Positions 39,217 to 47,140 of a stretch of 50,477 nucleotides of DNA are shown here, piece by piece. Position 1 is the first letter of the stretch, and each line of letters starts with the position of its first letter. Under the pieces are notes generated by a model. It was not told the origin of the DNA, searched no databases, and saw only the letters and a list, made by a program, of their open reading frames with translations. The DNA is from Escherichia phage EC125, in the sequence record ON185586.1. One strand, given 5' to 3'. Made by a program: the position numbers and the translations under genes.

Positions 39217-39441
39217 TCAAAACGGAAAACAGCGCGGACAACCAGGATCGAAATCGCATCCACAATCATTAACAATCATAGTGGGATCTGCAAATATTGC
39301 GCTTGATTCAAGATCCATATCCATATCACCTAAAGCCTCATCAAGACTCTTAATTTTATATGCCACTTCAAGCGCCGCCTCTTTATTTAGTCCGGCATCT
39401 TCTGCCATTTGAAGGCGCTCAAAAAATCCGTCTTGACTCAT
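39217..39441 (-). CDS. hypothetical acidic protein with C-terminal Cys cluster
   Basis: 74 aa; D/E-rich; ...CGCDFDPGCPRC... Confidence 0.45.
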   Translation of the reverse strand: MSQDGFFERLQMAEDAGLNKEAALEVAYKIKSLDEALGDMDMDLESSAIFADPTMIVNDCGCDFDPGCPRCFPF

Positions 39442-39554
39442 CGTATAATCCCCTTAATAACAGCCAATATAATAGCCAGGCCAGCAGCAGTAACCAAAAA
39501 GCCAACCGCGCCAATAATCGAATAAAAAAAGAAATCAATAGCCTTATCTATCAT
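39438..39554 (-). CDS. small hydrophobic membrane protein (38 aa, not in ORF track)
   Basis: ATG after GAGGTGGAA; MIDKAIDFFFYSIIGAVGFLVTAAGLAIILAVIKGIIR; stop overlaps next start (ATGA). Confidence 0.4.
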   Translation of the reverse strand: MIDKAIDFFFYSIIGAVGFLVTAAGLAIILAVIKGIIR

Positions 39555-39595
39555 TTCCACCTCATTTAAAAGGCGGCAAAACGCCGCCATATTAA

Positions 39596-39823
39596 TTAAA
39601 GAGCACGCCAACTTTGAATATAGAAAGCGTTTTCTTCCAGTAATTCTTTTAACTGATCTTTATTGTATTTGCGCACCTTACCGCCTGGATGGATACCAAT
39701 AAGATAGCCGCCTTTGCCCTCGGTGATAGTGATTTGGCTAATTCCACAAGACTTATCAAGTTTTACAGCCACGCGGTGATGAGCGTCAATAGTTGACATA
39801 ATGTTTAAAACTTTTGCTTTCAT
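39596..39823 (-). CDS. hypothetical protein
   Basis: 75 aa; GAGGA RBS. Confidence 0.45.
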   Translation of the reverse strand: MKAKVLNIMSTIDAHHRVAVKLDKSCGISQITITEGKGGYLIGIHPGGKVRKYNKDQLKELLEENAFYIQSWRAL

Positions 39824-39930
39824 TTAAATATCCTCAATTGAAATATGAATGGCGTCGTGCTCTTTTTCCGTCGCCGCCGTAATGGTCATTTGCAACCGCT
39901 ACCATCCAGGCATTTTGAAAATAAATAGCC

Positions 39931-40143
39931 TCATTTCTTATTTTTCATCTTAAATTTATGGCCTGGAACACCGGCACCAATATAGCCATCGTTGTATTCC
40001 ATTAAATAAAGGTGAAGGCCATTATCTGAAATTACATGAGGATCTTCTTTGAGATTTCCCATTAGCGGGTATTCTTTTCCGCGCGTAAATCTCCAAGTTG
40101 AGTTATAAGTTTCTACGCATTTAAGTTTTAATTGCTTTGCCAT
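39931..40143 (-). CDS. hypothetical protein
   Basis: 70 aa; GGAG RBS. Confidence 0.45.
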   Translation of the reverse strand: MAKQLKLKCVETYNSTWRFTRGKEYPLMGNLKEDPHVISDNGLHLYLMEYNDGYIGAGVPGHKFKMKNKK

Positions 40144-40385
40144 TAGATGATCTCCATGTATGTTTCAAAGCCATTTAACTTGAACAGGCCGTTTTCACAT
40201 TTGCGAACGTTCCAAGTTAGCCATGAGTGGTACGCCTCCATATCATCAAGGTCAATGGTTATTTCAGCACCTTTCTTAAACAAACCTTTTTCGTGAGACT
40301 TGTCGCGCTTAACAACTTTAACATCAACCTGATTTTCCATCTTTAAATCCTCGTTTGTTGTCGATGCGCTTACTATACCAATCAT
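40143..40385 (-). CDS. hypothetical protein
   Basis: 80 aa; preceded by motif-type promoter. Confidence 0.45.
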   Translation of the reverse strand: MIGIVSASTTNEDLKMENQVDVKVVKRDKSHEKGLFKKGAEITIDLDDMEAYHSWLTWNVRKCENGLFKLNGFETYMEII

Positions 40386-40396
40386 CAGCGCATCGT

Positions 40397-40416
40397 TTTT
40401 AACAAAAAGTGCTATT
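40397..40416 (-). promoter_or_regulatory. 21-bp element with promoter-like module (leftward)
   Basis: overlaps upstream stop; TATAGT at fixed distance. Confidence 0.55.
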
Positions 40417-40679
40417 TAGTCCAGAAATTCGATTTCACGCTCTCCAGTTAACGGATCTACAAGCCAGAATCCGAGCGGTTCGCCGTGAACACCGCCATAG
40501 AATCCAAGAGCCGTCAGATCTTCACCTTTAACGAATACCAGGTTTCCGCTACGGCTTACGTGAGACACGTTAACGATAACCGGAAATGTGCGAGCCTTAA
40601 ATGCAGGCCGCAGGGCGTAACACCCGTTATTGAGCAAACGTGCTTTGCGCTTAACTGGAATAGGTGCATTAATTTTCAT
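40416..40679 (-). CDS. hypothetical protein
   Basis: 87 aa; AAGGAG RBS. Confidence 0.45.
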   Translation of the reverse strand: MKINAPIPVKRKARLLNNGCYALRPAFKARTFPVIVNVSHVSRSGNLVFVKGEDLTALGFYGGVHGEPLGFWLVDPLTGEREIEFLD

Positions 40680-40905
40680 GGTTATTACTCCTTATCGTAA
40701 AGATTTAAAGACGTATAGTTTATTGCGGTAACTATATATCCGCATTGTTATTTCTCGCAGCGCAATATATTCCTTCCTGTTTTCCGGCAGACTGGCGAGC
40801 AACAACAGGCAGTATTTATAAGCGCGGTCAAGATTCCTTTCCGTGCCCCTGCAATATCCCTTATTGCTCCTGGAGCGGTACAGCCATAACAATTTCTTGA
40901 ACATT

Positions 40906-41115
40906 TCAGATCCGCCCATACAGATCGCAAACTTCGTTGATAAAACAGCGTTGAGACTCTTTATCCTGCTTCTCAAACATCGCACGGCACTCATAGCGGT
41001 GATTATGCACGATGACAACAACCATATTTTCAGGCGCTGACGGGTGACGCGCGGAAGCGTCGCAGATTGAAACATCCATACCCATCTCATGTGCTTTCTT
41101 GATCACATCCAACAT
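40906..41115 (-). CDS. hypothetical protein
   Basis: about 69 aa; ATG at 41115 after AGGAG; preferred over overlapping 132-aa ORF 40692-41090. Confidence 0.4.
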   Translation of the reverse strand: MLDVIKKAHEMGMDVSICDASARHPSAPENMVVVIVHNHRYECRAMFEKQDKESQRCFINEVCDLYGRI

Positions 41116-41369
41116 TTTTTCTTCTCCTGCAATAAGCAAACATCATTGATAAAATCAGCACGGCCCTTAATGTTGCTGATGTGGAACGTCTTTTCAGCGT
41201 ACAGGCCATCACCTTCAATCACGATCATTACGCTAGTCGGTTTATTCACGGGCGCACGAGAAAAGGGTTGGCGCACCGGAAGAAATTTAGTCATCACATC
41301 CAGGTTAGACCTGGCGGCCCTGCAAAATGCCTCCGCCAGATCCAAATCATTTTCTGTAATCACCGCCAT
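41103..41369 (-). CDS. hypothetical protein
   Basis: 88 aa; AAGGAG RBS. Confidence 0.45.
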   Translation of the reverse strand: MAVITENDLDLAEAFCRAARSNLDVMTKFLPVRQPFSRAPVNKPTSVMIVIEGDGLYAEKTFHISNIKGRADFINDVCLLQEKKKCWM

Positions 41370-41641
41370 TACTTTTTGATCTCCTTACTGATAAATTTCA
41401 GCACCTGGCGCAAGTAAACTTCGTTGTTGATAGTCGCTGGCAATTCTTCTTTCACTTCTTGCGGCAGATAGATATTGCCGTGCCAGGTCAAGCAATCGTA
41501 GTTGATACGATAAGAGCAAAGCCACTCGCAATCGTTATCTGCTTCCCAAATGCAGAGTTGCAGAACATCGCCAAAATCTTCAACAGTCAGTTCCAGACCG
41601 TGACGCTTAGCGAAATTGAAAGTGGTTTTGCTGATGTTCAT
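41369..41641 (-). CDS. hypothetical protein (first gene of leftward early operon)
   Basis: 90 aa; preceded by motif-type promoter at about 41702. Confidence 0.45.
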   Translation of the reverse strand: MNISKTTFNFAKRHGLELTVEDFGDVLQLCIWEADNDCEWLCSYRINYDCLTWHGNIYLPQEVKEELPATINNEVYLRQVLKFISKEIKK

Positions 41642-41701
41642 TTACTATCTCCTGAGCGGTTCGTTTCGATGTGTGTAATGTACCCGATCAGGTGGCATGA
41701 G

Positions 41702-41721
41702 TTTTAACAAAAGGTGCTATT
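41702..41721 (-). promoter_or_regulatory. 21-bp element with promoter-like module heading the leftward early operon
   Basis: variant ...CACCTTTTGTTAAAAC; TACATT at fixed distance. Confidence 0.5.
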
Positions 41722-42275
41722 TGACGGTTATCGCCAGGATTGCGATCGAAATAATCAAAAGTAATCATTAGTAATCAAATCACGTCAAAATGATGATTGC
41801 CTTTGCAAATTTGATGAGAAAAGCAATCACGTTTAATCATTGGTTGCAGGGGAGATAGTGAAACCTTCCCCTCTTGCCTCACTTTTCCGCCTGGCTGTCA
41901 GCGGTTGTTGTCTTTTGTTCACCCCTGTTACCGATTTCAGGCGGCGTGTTTCCGCGCGGTTTTCCGGTGTATCGAAAACGGAAAAAACAAAAAAAATCCT
42001 TTATAATACATTGAAAATAAAGATTATTTATTTATATATATCTATAATGTTTTCTTTTTGTTCTCACTGTTACAGTGCTTTTTGTTGGGTGTGGTGTGGT
42101 TGTGTGTTGGTATATATGGATAGTTGCGCGCGCGGCGGATTGCATATGTATATATACTTTTTCCGGCGGATTGCGTTAACAGCGTGAACAGAAAAATAAC
42201 AGCCCTGAAATCAATAACTTGCGCATGATTTTGTAGTTTTTCGATATTGGTAACGTTTTGAATACAACAAAAACA

Positions 42276-42303
42276 TTGACACGCACCAAATAGCTTTTAT
42301 AAT
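42276..42303 (+). promoter_or_regulatory. near-consensus sigma70 promoter (TTGACA-16-TATAAT) for the rightward early operon
   Basis: hexamers read directly; homologous in layout to the promoter at 21627. Confidence 0.55.
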
Positions 42304-42334
42304 GCGCCAACAGTCAACAACTGGAGGAAAGGAA

Positions 42335-42799
42335 ATGGAACAGAAGACCACTAAGGACTATTGCGATTGGCTTCGCGAGCTTGGTCGCCGCCTGGCTAGT
42401 GGCGATATTGAAGAGTATAAAATGTCACTAATTGACCTGGCCGGAATGTTAAGCGGTGACGACTGCTACAAGATCACGCGCAGTTCATCCTACAGCCGGA
42501 CCATTATCAACCGCGTTCCAGAAGTAAGGGCCGCAGGTCGGGTAAGCATCAAGGTAGAGGAAACGGAAGATGATAAATTTTACGTTTTCCGCATGGTCCG
42601 CGAATCGAAAAGGAAAATCATCACACCCGAAGAATTGCCAGCCATCAAGGCAAGGGCGATCAAAAAGTTTGCCGATCGCATACTGGCAGCAATCCCGAAT
42701 ATCGTGGACCTGGAAGGGGATAAACTGGCTGGGGCTTGCGAGGGCGTAAGCCGCTACCAGGATATGATCCGCGAAATCATCAAAGAGGAAGAGCAATGA
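42335..42799 (+). CDS. hypothetical protein (first gene after strong early promoter)
   Basis: ATG at 42335 after GGAGGAAAGG; about 154 aa. Confidence 0.5.
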   Translation: MEQKTTKDYCDWLRELGRRLASGDIEEYKMSLIDLAGMLSGDDCYKITRSSSYSRTIINRVPEVRAAGRVSIKVEETEDDKFYVFRMVRESKRKIITPEELPAIKARAIKKFADRILAAIPNIVDLEGDKLAGACEGVSRYQDMIREIIKEEEQ

Positions 42800-43068
42800 A
42801 AAAGGCATTAATCAGCGTTTTGGCGGCAATGGCATTCCTGACCGGATGTAAAGAAGATGGCGCGCATGTTGGCAATGTGCAGATGGCTAACCCTGGCGAT
42901 GACTACAGCGTAAGGGAGCTATTCACCGCTGACGGTTGCACCGTTTACCGATTCTATGACGATCGCACTGTTTACTTCACCAACTGTAAGGGCACGACTA
43001 GCTGGGAAGTGTCGAAAAGCAATGGCAAAGGCACGAAGACAGAACATATGACCGTCGAGACAAAATAG
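42796..43068 (+). CDS. small lipoprotein (second candidate superinfection-exclusion factor)
   Basis: ATG at 42796 overlapping upstream stop; signal peptide with lipobox LTGC; CTVYRFYDDRTVYFTNC. Confidence 0.5.
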   Translation: MKKALISVLAAMAFLTGCKEDGAHVGNVQMANPGDDYSVRELFTADGCTVYRFYDDRTVYFTNCKGTTSWEVSKSNGKGTKTEHMTVETK

Positions 43069-43084
43069 CACTTTTTGTTAAAGC
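43064..43084 (+). promoter_or_regulatory. 21-bp element with promoter-like module
   Basis: overlaps lipoprotein stop TAG; CATAAT at fixed distance. Confidence 0.55.
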
Positions 43085-43162
43085 TCGAAAACGATAACCA
43101 GGCATAATAAATCACATAGGGCGGCACGGCGTCGCCCACAAAACCAATCAGGAGAAAGCACC

Positions 43163-44056
43163 ATGTTAAAACTTGCTGACATTAAATTCCCGATCACCTT
43201 CGAATCTCGCGGCATTGGTCATTACATTTTTACTGATGAAAAAACATGCCATAAAGTTGATCTTCATAGCTACAAGCGTGCGCCATCAGACATGGAGATT
43301 GAACACTTTATTGATGCGCACAATACGCAGTACAACGCACTTAAAGACTATGGCTATGCAATGCCAGGCTACACATGTTTGCACTACAAGCCATATAAGG
43401 GCCAAGTTTTACCAGTGCGCTCACCGGAACGCGCAGAGATTCCGATGGTTCATATGAAAACCTGCGACTACAAAAAGCTGTGGTGCTTAAGTCTGGACAA
43501 TATCAAGTATCCGATCACGTTCCGCACGACTGCTAAGTCAACGATTCGCTACACATCGCGCGAAAATGGCGTTTATAGCGATGGTACGAAATCAGGGTTG
43601 AAAGTTGATTTCTTTGTCAACGGTCACAATAGATACAATCCGCACAACGAAGAGGATAAAGTGTACTACGTGGAAGACATTACAAAACACTTATTTGGAG
43701 AAACTCCATTCGGCGGCGGTAAGACGTCAATTCAAAAAATCATTGGCGATGAGATCCACAAAGCGGCTGCCGAAATGAAAGCGCCTGGAGGCTGGCGTAT
43801 TGACAAGAGCGCATTTGCAAATCAAGAAATCGTAACGCAGGGCGCAATTGAAGATATGCCAGTTGCAGCCACTCTAAAAGGAGTCCGGCTTGATGACGGC
43901 ACCTGGTATGAAGTAACGGCTACACCAAAGACGATCGAGATTCATGATGACGTTGTTATCCTTCTGCTTCACTACGGCGGCTATAAAAACCGGACGATTG
44001 CAGGTGAGATCAGCATTAAGCGCGGAACGATGGTTAAGTGGAAGGTGAAGATTTGA
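43163..44056 (+). CDS. hypothetical protein with internal duplication
   Basis: 297 aa; LADIKFPITFESRG... repeated as LDNIKYPITFRTTA... Confidence 0.5.
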   Translation: MLKLADIKFPITFESRGIGHYIFTDEKTCHKVDLHSYKRAPSDMEIEHFIDAHNTQYNALKDYGYAMPGYTCLHYKPYKGQVLPVRSPERAEIPMVHMKTCDYKKLWCLSLDNIKYPITFRTTAKSTIRYTSRENGVYSDGTKSGLKVDFFVNGHNRYNPHNEEDKVYYVEDITKHLFGETPFGGGKTSIQKIIGDEIHKAAAEMKAPGGWRIDKSAFANQEIVTQGAIEDMPVAATLKGVRLDDGTWYEVTATPKTIEIHDDVVILLLHYGGYKNRTIAGEISIKRGTMVKWKVKI

Positions 44057-44132
44057 GTTTTCTCACTGCGGCGCACGTCGCCGCATGGATCGGATTGTTT
44101 TCCTACCTGTTTAGCTTTTATTGAGGTGAGAG

Positions 44133-44285
44133 ATGGCTACCTGGATTTTGCTGATTCTTATGATTGATGGCGGCGTTGACAATATCGAAATGAATAGCCA
44201 GCAATCTTGCATTGAGGCACGAGAGCAGATCAAGAACAACAACAGGTTTTATGCGTACACTCACACGCTATGTATTAAGAAATAG
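44133..44285 (+). CDS. small membrane protein (50 aa, not in ORF track)
   Basis: ATG after GAGGTGAGAG; MATWILLILMIDGG...; stop TAG lies inside motif copy at 44281. Confidence 0.35.
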   Translation: MATWILLILMIDGGVDNIEMNSQQSCIEAREQIKNNNRFYAYTHTLCIKK

Positions 44286-44301
44286 CACTTTTTGTTAAAA
44301 C
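44281..44301 (+). promoter_or_regulatory. 21-bp element with promoter-like module
   Basis: overlaps stop of 50-aa ORF; TATAAT 21 nt after TTGTTA. Confidence 0.55.
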
Positions 44302-44354
44302 TCAAATGTGGGTCCAGGTATAATGGCCTCACTTTCAACGAAGGAGATAAAACG

Positions 44355-44576
44355 ATGTACATTAAAAAGAAGATGAAATGCGTTTCCGTTAACTATGCTT
44401 GCTCTGGCATGTTCAAGCCTGGCGAAATCTATACGGCGCAAAAACTGAAAACATCAACCGGATCTTTTTACGTGAGCAATAGTAAGGGGCATCGCATGTT
44501 CCTGAACGGCGGCGAAGGCACTAAGGTTATGGCACACGCTATGGTATTGGCTGAATTTGAGGAAGTGAAACAATGA
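44355..44576 (+). CDS. hypothetical protein, tandem paralog 1
   Basis: ATG after AAGGAG; shares ...FYVSNSKGHRMFLNGGEGT...AEFEEVK pattern with next ORF. Confidence 0.5.
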   Translation: MYIKKKMKCVSVNYACSGMFKPGEIYTAQKLKTSTGSFYVSNSKGHRMFLNGGEGTKVMAHAMVLAEFEEVKQ

Positions 44577-44818
44577 TCATTGAAAACAATTTTCTTTGCG
44601 TTAAGAGCAATAGACCATTCTTCACACCTGGCAAGGTGTACCAGGGCAAGAAGGACACAAGAGATGGTCACTCTTATCATGTTCACTGCAACAACGGATA
44701 CAAGTTTTACCTTAACGGCGAGAATGGAACTGAGATTGTTGCGTTTGAAAACGTAGTTGCCGAGTTCGAGCAGATTACAGACGCGGAATTTGAGGAAGTG
44801 AAAGATGAAAACAAATAA
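44573..44818 (+). CDS. hypothetical protein, tandem paralog 2
   Basis: 81 aa; ...YHVHCNNGYKFYLNGENGT...AEFE...AEFEEVK; ATGA overlap. Confidence 0.5.
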   Translation: MIIENNFLCVKSNRPFFTPGKVYQGKKDTRDGHSYHVHCNNGYKFYLNGENGTEIVAFENVVAEFEQITDAEFEEVKDENK

Positions 44819-45026
44819 GCGCGTCAAGCACAGGTTTACTGATAACCACGGCGACGCGATTGATGTATACAAGTTCGGCGATCGCGTGTTTATTGATGGC
44901 ACGTTTGAAGGTGGTCGTAGGCCGGATTTTAGGTCGATACTTACCGTTGACCAAGTGCGCAAGCTGGCAGATAAGTTAAATGATCTGGCAGATGAAATAG
45001 AATACAAGCAAATCCATTTTAATTGA
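44805..45026 (+). CDS. hypothetical protein
   Basis: 73 aa. Confidence 0.45.
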   Translation: MKTNKRVKHRFTDNHGDAIDVYKFGDRVFIDGTFEGGRRPDFRSILTVDQVRKLADKLNDLADEIEYKQIHFN

Positions 45027-45037
45027 TAGGTTTTATA

Positions 45038-45748
45038 ATGAAAAAATACACTTTCGAACTATGGGGCAATAAGTACGAATTTACGACAAGCAAGCCTATT
45101 GTTGTGTGCGATCTCGACGGCACACTATCGGACGGATCGCATCGTTTGCATTTGCTGCCAACTGAAAACTTACACCTTACGGAATCGTGGAGCGAATTTA
45201 ACAGGGCCGCCGCCGGAGATTCACCGATTAAAAGCACGATCGCGGTTATTAACGGTTTATGGGTGTCGGGATTTGCCATCGTCATCTTGACCGGACGCAG
45301 CGACGAGGTTCGCTACGAAACCTGCAAATGGTTGAATGAGAACGGCGTGAAGTTTGACGAAATCATCATGCGCCGCCAGGATGACAACCGAAAGGATACG
45401 GTTATTAAAGAGGAAGCCTTGCGCGCTATTTGCCTGGACAACATTGTTTGCGCCTTTGACGATTCGCCGAACGTGGTTAAGCACTTCCGCAGCTTGGGGA
45501 TCACAACCTATCAGGTCACGGAATACGACAAGCCACACGCTCACATACAATCTCACGGCGTGGAATCAATAAAGATCACGAAGCGCGCCCGATTCGTCGG
45601 CAGCAAAGACAGCCTGGTTAATGCCAGCTTTATCAAAGGCAAGGTTTATGATGTTAATAGCCATGATAAAAACCGATTCTTTTTGTGGGATGAAAAAGGT
45701 TTTGGCTGGTGCTTTGAACACGACGACGGCGATTTTGTTAATGCGTAA
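45038..45748 (+). CDS. HAD-superfamily phosphatase (putative nucleotidase / polynucleotide 3'-phosphatase)
   Basis: ATG at 45038; motif VVCDLDGTL (DxDGT), later ILTGR and FDDS; about 236 aa. Confidence 0.55.
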   Translation: MKKYTFELWGNKYEFTTSKPIVVCDLDGTLSDGSHRLHLLPTENLHLTESWSEFNRAAAGDSPIKSTIAVINGLWVSGFAIVILTGRSDEVRYETCKWLNENGVKFDEIIMRRQDDNRKDTVIKEEALRAICLDNIVCAFDDSPNVVKHFRSLGITTYQVTEYDKPHAHIQSHGVESIKITKRARFVGSKDSLVNASFIKGKVYDVNSHDKNRFFLWDEKGFGWCFEHDDGDFVNA

Positions 45749-45767
45749 TAGCACTTTTTGTTAAAAC
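45747..45767 (+). promoter_or_regulatory. 21-bp element with promoter-like module
   Basis: overlaps stop of HAD phosphatase; hairpin GGGCTT...AAGCCC; TATAGT. Confidence 0.55.
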
Positions 45768-45822
45768 ATCTTAACGGGCTTGCGGTATAGTAAGCCCATC
45801 AACAACAAGCGAGGATTAAATC

Positions 45823-46086
45823 ATGGCTAACAAGATCGAATTTTTCAAAGCGGTAGACATTATTGATGGCGCTCCTAGCTTCTTTGCCATCCATTCCATT
45901 GACGGCAAGGATATTGGGTACAACGTTATCCGTCGAGATGGAATCTCAAAACTTAGCGATCTGGTAGGGAATATTGTGTCAAACGGGAAATGCGCATGGC
46001 CCGATTCGCCACGAGAGCCACGCCGCCGCGACATGGTAGAGCCTGTTCTGCTTTACACTCTGGTAGTAGAAGGAGAAAATAAATGA
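45823..46086 (+). CDS. hypothetical protein
   Basis: 87 aa; GAGGA RBS; preceded by motif-type promoter. Confidence 0.5.
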   Translation: MANKIEFFKAVDIIDGAPSFFAIHSIDGKDIGYNVIRRDGISKLSDLVGNIVSNGKCAWPDSPREPRRRDMVEPVLLYTLVVEGENK

Positions 46087-46327
46087 TTTGGTTACTTGCT
46101 TTTTTGGTTGTTTTTCTTTACATTTAAGGCTTGTTTACGTTCCGCGCGTTGGTGAAATATTCTGACGCGACAGACAAAGACGATAAAATCGTTCTCGCTT
46201 TCTGGTTTGTTTGGGTGTGGTTAGCAATTTACGAGATCATCAGAGACAAACAGAAATTTGAGTGGTGATTCTTGCTATGGCGCATTCATGCAGTGCGCCA
46301 TGTTGAGAAAACCTAAATGGGGAGACG

Positions 46328-46477
46328 ATGCGTAACTTTGAAAAAATCATTACCAAAAAGAAGCGTCGCGGGTACGATGAGCATGTGGAGCTTGTGAAAA
46401 AGCAACGCAAGAAGCGCAACGAAGACAAGAAGCGCGGGAAAAAATTTAATGCGATTTTTCGCTATGGAGATCATTAA
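46328..46477 (+). CDS. small highly basic protein (49 aa, not in ORF track)
   Basis: MRNFEKIITKKKRRGYDEHVELVKKQRKKRNEDKKRGKKFNAIFRYGDH; GGAG 3 nt upstream. Confidence 0.3.
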   Translation: MRNFEKIITKKKRRGYDEHVELVKKQRKKRNEDKKRGKKFNAIFRYGDH

Positions 46478-46479
46478 TC

Positions 46480-47070
46480 ATGAAGCGAGACATTATCATC
46501 CTTAATGGGCCGCCAGGTTGCGGGAAGGACACTATTGCAGCTTACCTAACGGGCCATCGTTACCCAGCGGTTAAGGCGTCATTCAAACAGCCGATGTTCG
46601 ATATTGCGTTTTCCATGCTTGGCCCGACTCGATATGATGAGTTTATTGACCTGTACAACGACCGAGAGCAAAAAGAAAAGCCTCAAGTTATCTTAGGCGG
46701 CAAGTCACCTCGACAATTCATGATCTGGATTAGCGAGGATGTAATGAAGCCAGTCTTTGGGGAGCAGTATTTCGGGCGTCGAATGGTTGAAAAGATTAAC
46801 GAGATGTACCGAGATTTGGCGGTTGTGATCAGTGATGGCGGATTCCCCGAAGAAATCAAGCCGCTTGTTAAGGCAGGGCATGAAGTGCATATTTGCCGAT
46901 TGCATCGCGACGGCTTCACGTTTGCTGGCGATTCGAGAGACTACATTGACCTGAGCGGTTATCACTATAGAATCCATCACTATGACTTCCACTTGCAGGA
47001 CGGCAAGCCGGAACTGGCTGTAAACGAGATCGTCAATGCTGTCAAATGGAAGCACACACAGATTAAATAG
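46480..47070 (+). CDS. P-loop kinase (resembles T4 gp1 dNMP-kinase family; nucleotide or polynucleotide kinase)
   Basis: 196 aa; Walker A GPPGCGKDT; family assignment from memory of the GKDT-type P-loop. Confidence 0.5.
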   Translation: MKRDIIILNGPPGCGKDTIAAYLTGHRYPAVKASFKQPMFDIAFSMLGPTRYDEFIDLYNDREQKEKPQVILGGKSPRQFMIWISEDVMKPVFGEQYFGRRMVEKINEMYRDLAVVISDGGFPEEIKPLVKAGHEVHICRLHRDGFTFAGDSRDYIDLSGYHYRIHHYDFHLQDGKPELAVNEIVNAVKWKHTQIK

Positions 47071-47086
47071 CACGAATTGCTAAACG
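47066..47086 (+). promoter_or_regulatory. 21-bp element (variant AATAGCACGAATTGCTAAACG) with promoter-like module
   Basis: overlaps kinase stop TAG; TATAAT at fixed distance. Confidence 0.5.
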
Positions 47087-47140
47087 CGGGGCGCAATGCC
47101 TCGCTATAATGCAAACACCAATCAACGAGAGGAAACAATC

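Larger units (their letters stand above)
41642..42334. other. AT-rich non-coding control region II, homologous to region I
   Basis: 690 bp without ORFs; TAATCA repeats; shares GAAAAC(A/G)GAAAAAACAAAA, ACA(A)GAAAAATAACA and TTTATTTAT blocks with region I. Confidence 0.5.

Noticed and set aside
40692-41090. 132-aa minus-strand ORF overlapping gene 40906-41115
   Set aside because: Out of frame with a better-supported neighbour, no RBS, Cys/Arg-rich low-quality translation; the non-overlapping part is treated as a possible non-coding gap.
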